A DNA stretch of 64,000 nucleotides from Desulfosoma sp. (GTDB lineage Bacteria > Desulfobacterota > Syntrophobacteria > Syntrophobacterales > DSM-9756): NCBI GenBank assembly GCA_037481835.1, contig JBBFKW010000003.1, positions 1 through 64,000 of the forward strand, given 5' to 3'. Positions 59,663-64,000 of the stretch are shown piece by piece (the stretch's first letter is position 1; each line of letters begins with the position of its first letter). The notes under the pieces were generated by a model, which was not told where the DNA came from, ran no database searches, and saw nothing but the letters and a program-made list of their open reading frames with translations. A program made the position numbers and the translations under genes.

Positions 59663-60399
59663 TGTATCGGCTTTTCGTGCGCAGCCTCATCGGGGCCATG
59701 GTCGTGGCGACCTTGGCCCTTTTGTTGGCAACCTTGGAGTATCCGTGGAACTGGTGGGTGCCGTGGCAGTACCGAAGCCTGTTCTTGAAAGGTTTTGTCT
59801 TGACGCTCCTTATTTCCCTGGGAGCCATCGCTTTGGGGTTCCTCATCGGGGTCGCGGGGGGGCTCGCCCGCGTGTCCAAAAACGCCATCATCCACGTCTT
59901 GGCTTCGTATTACGTAGAGCTTTTCCGAGGCACCCCTTTGCTGGTCCAAATCTACATCTTCTATTTCTGCCTCGCCGCGGCGGCTCGCTACGATAACCCC
60001 GTGGTCATCGGCATGATCACGCTGGCTTTCTTTTCCGGGGCCTACATTACGGAAATGGTGCGAGCCGGGATCGAATCCGTTGATCCCGGCCAGATCGAGG
60101 CCGCCAAGTCCACGGGGCTCAACGAGCGCCAGACCATGCGTTATGTGGTTTTTCCCCAGGCTTTTCGCCGCATCATCCCTCCCGTCACAGGGCAATTCGT
60201 CTCCCTGATCAAAGATTCCTCCCTCCTTTCGGTCATTTCCGTCAGGGAATTGACCAAGGCCTCCGAAGTCATCAACGCCACCACCTACAAGACCTTCGAA
60301 GCCTACCTGCCTCTGGCCCTCTTCTACCTGGCCCTGACTTATCCCCTGTCGTACCTGACGCGAAAGCTGGAGCAGCGCCTCGCCAACGGCAAAAAGTAA
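59659..60399 (+). CDS. Amino acid ABC transporter permease
   Basis: FRGTPLLVQ, GQIEAA, PQA, LIKDSSL. Confidence 0.93.
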   Translation: MMYRLFVRSLIGAMVVATLALLLATLEYPWNWWVPWQYRSLFLKGFVLTLLISLGAIALGFLIGVAGGLARVSKNAIIHVLASYYVELFRGTPLLVQIYIFYFCLAAAARYDNPVVIGMITLAFFSGAYITEMVRAGIESVDPGQIEAAKSTGLNERQTMRYVVFPQAFRRIIPPVTGQFVSLIKDSSLLSVISVRELTKASEVINATTYKTFEAYLPLALFYLALTYPLSYLTRKLEQRLANGKK

Positions 60400-60549
60400 C
60401 TTCGGGATCAGTTCTCGGAGTTTCTATTTCCTCTCGGACGGAAGCATGGGGTGGGTTCGTCTTGTGTTGGCGGGCCTCGGCCTTTATGTTAGAAGGCATG
60501 GTGACGGAAAAAACGTGGCTCTTAACGCGGGACGATGAGGAGACGAGGC

Positions 60550-60804
60550 ATGTCCGAAAAGTCGGTCAAGCTGTATGCGCTGAGCACTTGTATCCATTGC
60601 CGCCACACCAAAGATTTTCTTAACGAGTGCGGTGTCAAGTACGAATGCGTGGACGTGGACACACTCCAAGGCGAGGAACGCCAGGCGATGATCGAAGAGG
60701 TCAAGCGCTTTAACCCCAATTGCACTTTCCCAACCATTCTCATCGGCGACAAGGTCATTGTGGGGTTTCGAAAGGACGAAATCGAGGAGGCTTTGAAACC
60801 GTGA
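60550..60804 (+). CDS. Glutaredoxin/NrdH-like protein
   Basis: LSTCIHC, TFPT, IVGF. Confidence 0.88.
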   Translation: MSEKSVKLYALSTCIHCRHTKDFLNECGVKYECVDVDTLQGEERQAMIEEVKRFNPNCTFPTILIGDKVIVGFRKDEIEEALKP

Positions 60805-61136
60805 CGGCTGCCGAACTGCTTGAAAAATTGCGCCCCATTCAGGAAGCCAAGGGGTACTTTTTTAACAAAGACCTGAAAGGGATGACCCTGCCTCTTTTGG
60901 AAAGCCTGCTCGTCAATAAGGAACGATACGGCTACATGGCGTGCCCGTGCCGCTTGGCTTCCGGCGATCGAGAAAAGGACAAGGATATCATCTGCCCGTG
61001 CGTTTACCGGGAACCGGACGTGGCCCAGTACGGCAGCTGCTACTGCGGATTGTACGTGTCCCGGGAATGGAACGAAGGGACCATCCCGCACGTCGCCGTG
61101 CCGGAACGGCGCCCGCCGGAAAAGATGTTCTTTTAA
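60801..61136 (+). CDS. Ferredoxin:thioredoxin reductase catalytic subunit-like
   Basis: CPCR...CPC...CYC.LY motifs; GTGA overlap with the glutaredoxin stop. Confidence 0.9.
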   Translation: MTAAELLEKLRPIQEAKGYFFNKDLKGMTLPLLESLLVNKERYGYMACPCRLASGDREKDKDIICPCVYREPDVAQYGSCYCGLYVSREWNEGTIPHVAVPERRPPEKMFF

Positions 61137-61180
61137 GGAGGCACCTTTCCCCGTCGAGAGCAACAGGAGGCCGACATTTC

Positions 61181-62173
61181 TTGAAAATCGGGACGGTGTC
61201 CGTGCCGACCCCTTACGTCATGGCGCCCATGGCGGATTTGACCCACGCGGCCTTTCGGGATCTGGTCGCGGAATGGGGGGGCTGCGGGCTCTATTACACG
61301 GAGATGCTCAACGCCCGGATCGTGGCCTCTTCCGATCCGGCGCAAGACCCCTACTGTGCTCCCGGATTCCTAGACACGCCCCGTGCCGCCCAACTGGTGG
61401 GGGACGACCCTTCGGTGGTGGCCAAGGCCATAGAAAAATTGCAGGGTCTCGGTCGATTTGATCTCTTCGACTTCAACCTGGGCTGTTCCCGGGGCGTTCC
61501 GGCTCGATACGGATGGGGAGCGGCCCTCCTGAACCGCCCGGATCGGGTCCGAGAGATTGTCACCGAGGCTCGCAAGGTCCTTCGAAGCCCTCTTGTGGTT
61601 AAAATGAGGATCCCCGAAGGAAGTGGAAACAGCCTGGAACTTTGGGCGCACTGGTTGGCGGACTGGGGCGTGGACGCCGTGGTGCTCCATGCGCGCTATG
61701 CGCAGGATCTTTTCAAGAGGCCGGCCCGCTGGGAGGCCCTCAAGAGGTTCAAGAGAGTTTTTTCCAAACCCGTCATTGGAAACGGCGATGTGTTTTCGCC
61801 CCAAGATGCCCTGCGCCTGATGGAGGAGACGGGCTGCGACGGGGTCATGATCGGACGGGCGGCCCTCATGCGCCCCTGGATCTTTTCCGATCTCGACCAT
61901 TACGCCAAGACGGGCCGCCTTCCCGATCCTCCCGATGCGGCTGCCGTCGTGGTGCGCTACGCCGACTCCGTGGCCGCTCGTTTCGAGGAAAGGGAAGCCG
62001 TGCGGCGGTTTCGGCTTTTCGCTTTCTGGATCTGCCAGAATTTCTCTTACGGGGCCCATTACTTCCACACGGCCTGTCGGCGGCCGACCCTGCGGGCCAT
62101 GGTGGAAACCCTGCAAGGTTTTCTGTCCCGGGAGACACTCCCGGGTTACCCGGTGCGACCGTTTTTGATGTGA
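61181..62173 (+). CDS. dus: tRNA-dihydrouridine synthase family protein
   Basis: APMA, TEM, NLGC, GAALL, HAR, IGNGD, GVMIGR, PWIF; AGGAGG before TTG 61181. Confidence 0.9.
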   Translation: MKIGTVSVPTPYVMAPMADLTHAAFRDLVAEWGGCGLYYTEMLNARIVASSDPAQDPYCAPGFLDTPRAAQLVGDDPSVVAKAIEKLQGLGRFDLFDFNLGCSRGVPARYGWGAALLNRPDRVREIVTEARKVLRSPLVVKMRIPEGSGNSLELWAHWLADWGVDAVVLHARYAQDLFKRPARWEALKRFKRVFSKPVIGNGDVFSPQDALRLMEETGCDGVMIGRAALMRPWIFSDLDHYAKTGRLPDPPDAAAVVVRYADSVAARFEEREAVRRFRLFAFWICQNFSYGAHYFHTACRRPTLRAMVETLQGFLSRETLPGYPVRPFLM

Positions 62174-62199
62174 TCCTAAGAGGCCAAGGTGCGGGCCCT

Positions 62200-63726
62200 A
62201 TGAAAGAATCCGGAAAACCCACAAGCGGCGTCGCGGCGGAGGGGGCTGCACCCCGCGGCGTCAATTATTGGGCCCGCATCATAGGTCGGGAAGAACTGCC
62301 CGTCCTGCGCCCAACGGTCATGACCATCGCCCGGATTTTTTCCCAGGTGGGGGCATCTTCTTCCGCCATGGCGGACGCGGTCGCCAAGGATCCCTTCATG
62401 ACCGCACGCCTAATTCGGATGGCCAACAGCGCCTATTACAATCCGGGCTTGAAAAAGGTGAGCGCGGTCCAGCGCGCCGTGGTGGTCGTCGGGTTCGACG
62501 GCGTGCGGCATCTGTGTGTGTCTGCTCGTTTTGTGGAAGAAACCTACGCCGGAGACAGGTTGGAAGAGATTCTGCGCCGCATCGCCTTGAGCTACAAACA
62601 GGCTCTCATGGCCCAATGGCTCGGCGAGACGCTTCGAGACCCCGCACCGGAAGAGCTCTATACGGCCGGGTTGCTTCTGGATATGGGGCTGCTCGGCCTC
62701 CTGGGCGCGGTGCCGGCCGAAGCGGTGAGCGCCTTTAGGAAAAAAACCGCGCGGAGCCCCCTGCGCGAACTCCCTTTGGTGGAAAGGGAGGTTTTCGGAA
62801 TCGAATCGCGCCGGCTCACCGTAAAGTTGGCCGAGGAATGGACCTTGGGGGAACTCGTCAAGCGGGCCGCCCAGGAGCGGGAAGAGCCGGACCTGCGCGT
62901 CCAATGTGTGCGCATGGGCGCCGCCCTCGTCACAGCGTCGGCACGGGGTCCCGACTGCGAGGAAGGGGCCGAGGCCATCCAGGCGGCCTCCGATCGCCTG
63001 CGGATTTCCGAAGCCGCCCTCATGCGTCTGCTGGAAGCAGCCGAAAAAAGGGCCCGGGATTTTTCCCAAGAACTCGGTCTTGGTGCCGAAACGCCGCCGG
63101 AGGCCCGGGAGAGGCCGAGGCACAAAGCAGACGAATCGTCCCCGGCAGGAGCTCCGGCCGAGCCGCCTGTCCCCGACCTCTGTCTCGTGGGAGACGTCCC
63201 TTTTAGGCCCGCCGACCCTGCGCGACAGTGGGAGCTCCTAGACGACATCCTTGCCTACCTCGTGGGACAAAAGCGCGGGCACACCCAGGGGCTGTTGGAA
63301 CGCGCCGCGTGCGGCCTGATGGAAGGCGCCGGCCTGAATCGGATCATTTTCCTGAGGCTTACGCCCGATGGAAAATTCCTTGAAGTGAAAAGCCTTTACG
63401 GCGCCTTCGACCTCCGCTGGCAGGGGCTTCTCATTCCAGTAACCGCCTATCCCAACGCCTTCGCCCAGGTGCTCCAAGACCCCCCGTGGCTATGGATCCA
63501 CGAAAACAGCCCAGCGTCTCTAAAGGCCCTTATTACGCCGGAGGTATTGCAATTTTTCCCATCCCGGGAGCTTTTTGCGGGTCGAGTAGGGCTGCCGCCA
63601 CAACCCTTGGGGGTTCTGGCTGCAGGGCGTCATCCCGGGCCCCCTCCGTTGAACGAAGAGGCCTTTCGCACCTTTCGGCGTTTGTGCGCCCTCACGTCCC
63701 TGGGCGTGGCCTTGCTTCATAGCTGA
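62200..63726 (+). CDS. HDOD domain protein with C-terminal GAF-like region
   Basis: ELP, KDP..TARLIRMANSAYYN, A.VVVG; HD motif degenerate (LLLD). Confidence 0.78.
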   Translation: MKESGKPTSGVAAEGAAPRGVNYWARIIGREELPVLRPTVMTIARIFSQVGASSSAMADAVAKDPFMTARLIRMANSAYYNPGLKKVSAVQRAVVVVGFDGVRHLCVSARFVEETYAGDRLEEILRRIALSYKQALMAQWLGETLRDPAPEELYTAGLLLDMGLLGLLGAVPAEAVSAFRKKTARSPLRELPLVEREVFGIESRRLTVKLAEEWTLGELVKRAAQEREEPDLRVQCVRMGAALVTASARGPDCEEGAEAIQAASDRLRISEAALMRLLEAAEKRARDFSQELGLGAETPPEARERPRHKADESSPAGAPAEPPVPDLCLVGDVPFRPADPARQWELLDDILAYLVGQKRGHTQGLLERAACGLMEGAGLNRIIFLRLTPDGKFLEVKSLYGAFDLRWQGLLIPVTAYPNAFAQVLQDPPWLWIHENSPASLKALITPEVLQFFPSRELFAGRVGLPPQPLGVLAAGRHPGPPPLNEEAFRTFRRLCALTSLGVALLHS

Positions 63727-63761
63727 AAACGGCATGCGGCGCAGTCATCTTCCGAGGCCGC

Positions 63762-63788
63762 AAAAAAGCCCGGCTCAAACCGGGCTTT
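63762..63788 (-). terminator. Rho-independent terminator (likely bidirectional)
   Basis: AAAAAAGCCCGG-ctcaaa-CCGGGCTTT between convergent genes. Confidence 0.75.
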
Positions 63789-63871
63789 GCTGCCTCCCAT
63801 TAAATAGGTTTGGGAGGCCAACGTACGCTTTTCTTTAAGAGGGGCGGCCGTAACCGCCATCGGCACCAGAG

Positions 63872-64000
63872 CTAGTGAAGCGTTTCACCTTCCGGGAGTT
63901 CTTCCCCGGCATCGCGCGCCCATTCGGCATGGAGCCGATCGGCCCACACGTCACCACCGCCGCCTAAAAAGTCAGCCACATTTTCCACACCCCAGTGGGT
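63872..64000 (-). CDS. 3' end of an unidentified CDS truncated by the window edge
   Basis: Open minus frame ...THWGVENVADFLGGGGDVWADRLHAEWARDAGEELPEGETLH-TAG followed by a terminator. Confidence 0.4.
   Translation of the reverse strand, partial: THWGVENVADFLGGGGDVWADRLHAEWARDAGEELPEGETLH

Noticed and set aside
61642..62199. N-terminal extension of the HDOD ORF
   Set aside because: Overlaps dus in another frame with low-complexity translation; ATG 62200 is the plausible start.

Overview
GC-rich chromosomal window from an anaerobic, probably sulfate-reducing Desulfobacterota-type bacterium (inferred from gene content). It is mostly housekeeping: an aromatic amino-acid operon with archaeal-type DHQ synthase II (aroB'-pheA-aroE-aroA), dacB, ispG, a long RSH (relA/spoT), rpmB, purM, leuB, lptD, folC and dus. 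Accessory blocks are a YqhH/YqhG-like SNF2 helicase pair, a MoxR-DUF58-transglutaminase trio, an unusual operon (FAD oxidoreductase, atypical protein kinase, USP, 1149-aa Lon-like protease with novel terminal domains), anaerobic cobalamin genes (cbiD/ET/F/G/H), the mercury-methylation pair hgcAB, and a sigma54/OrpR-type Orange-protein (Orp) Fe-S cluster. Signals the ORF track misses: hgcA extends upstream through an in-frame Cys-UGA followed by a SECIS-like hairpin (predicted selenoprotein); two sigma54 promoters share a candidate enhancer motif; an HcpR/FNR-type palindrome precedes an hcp-less three-gene unit; GTAG-type REP elements occur; and a 134-nt structured element sits inside the cbi operon. 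No rRNA, tRNA, CRISPR array or transposase was seen. Calls come from motif recognition only; no database searches were run.
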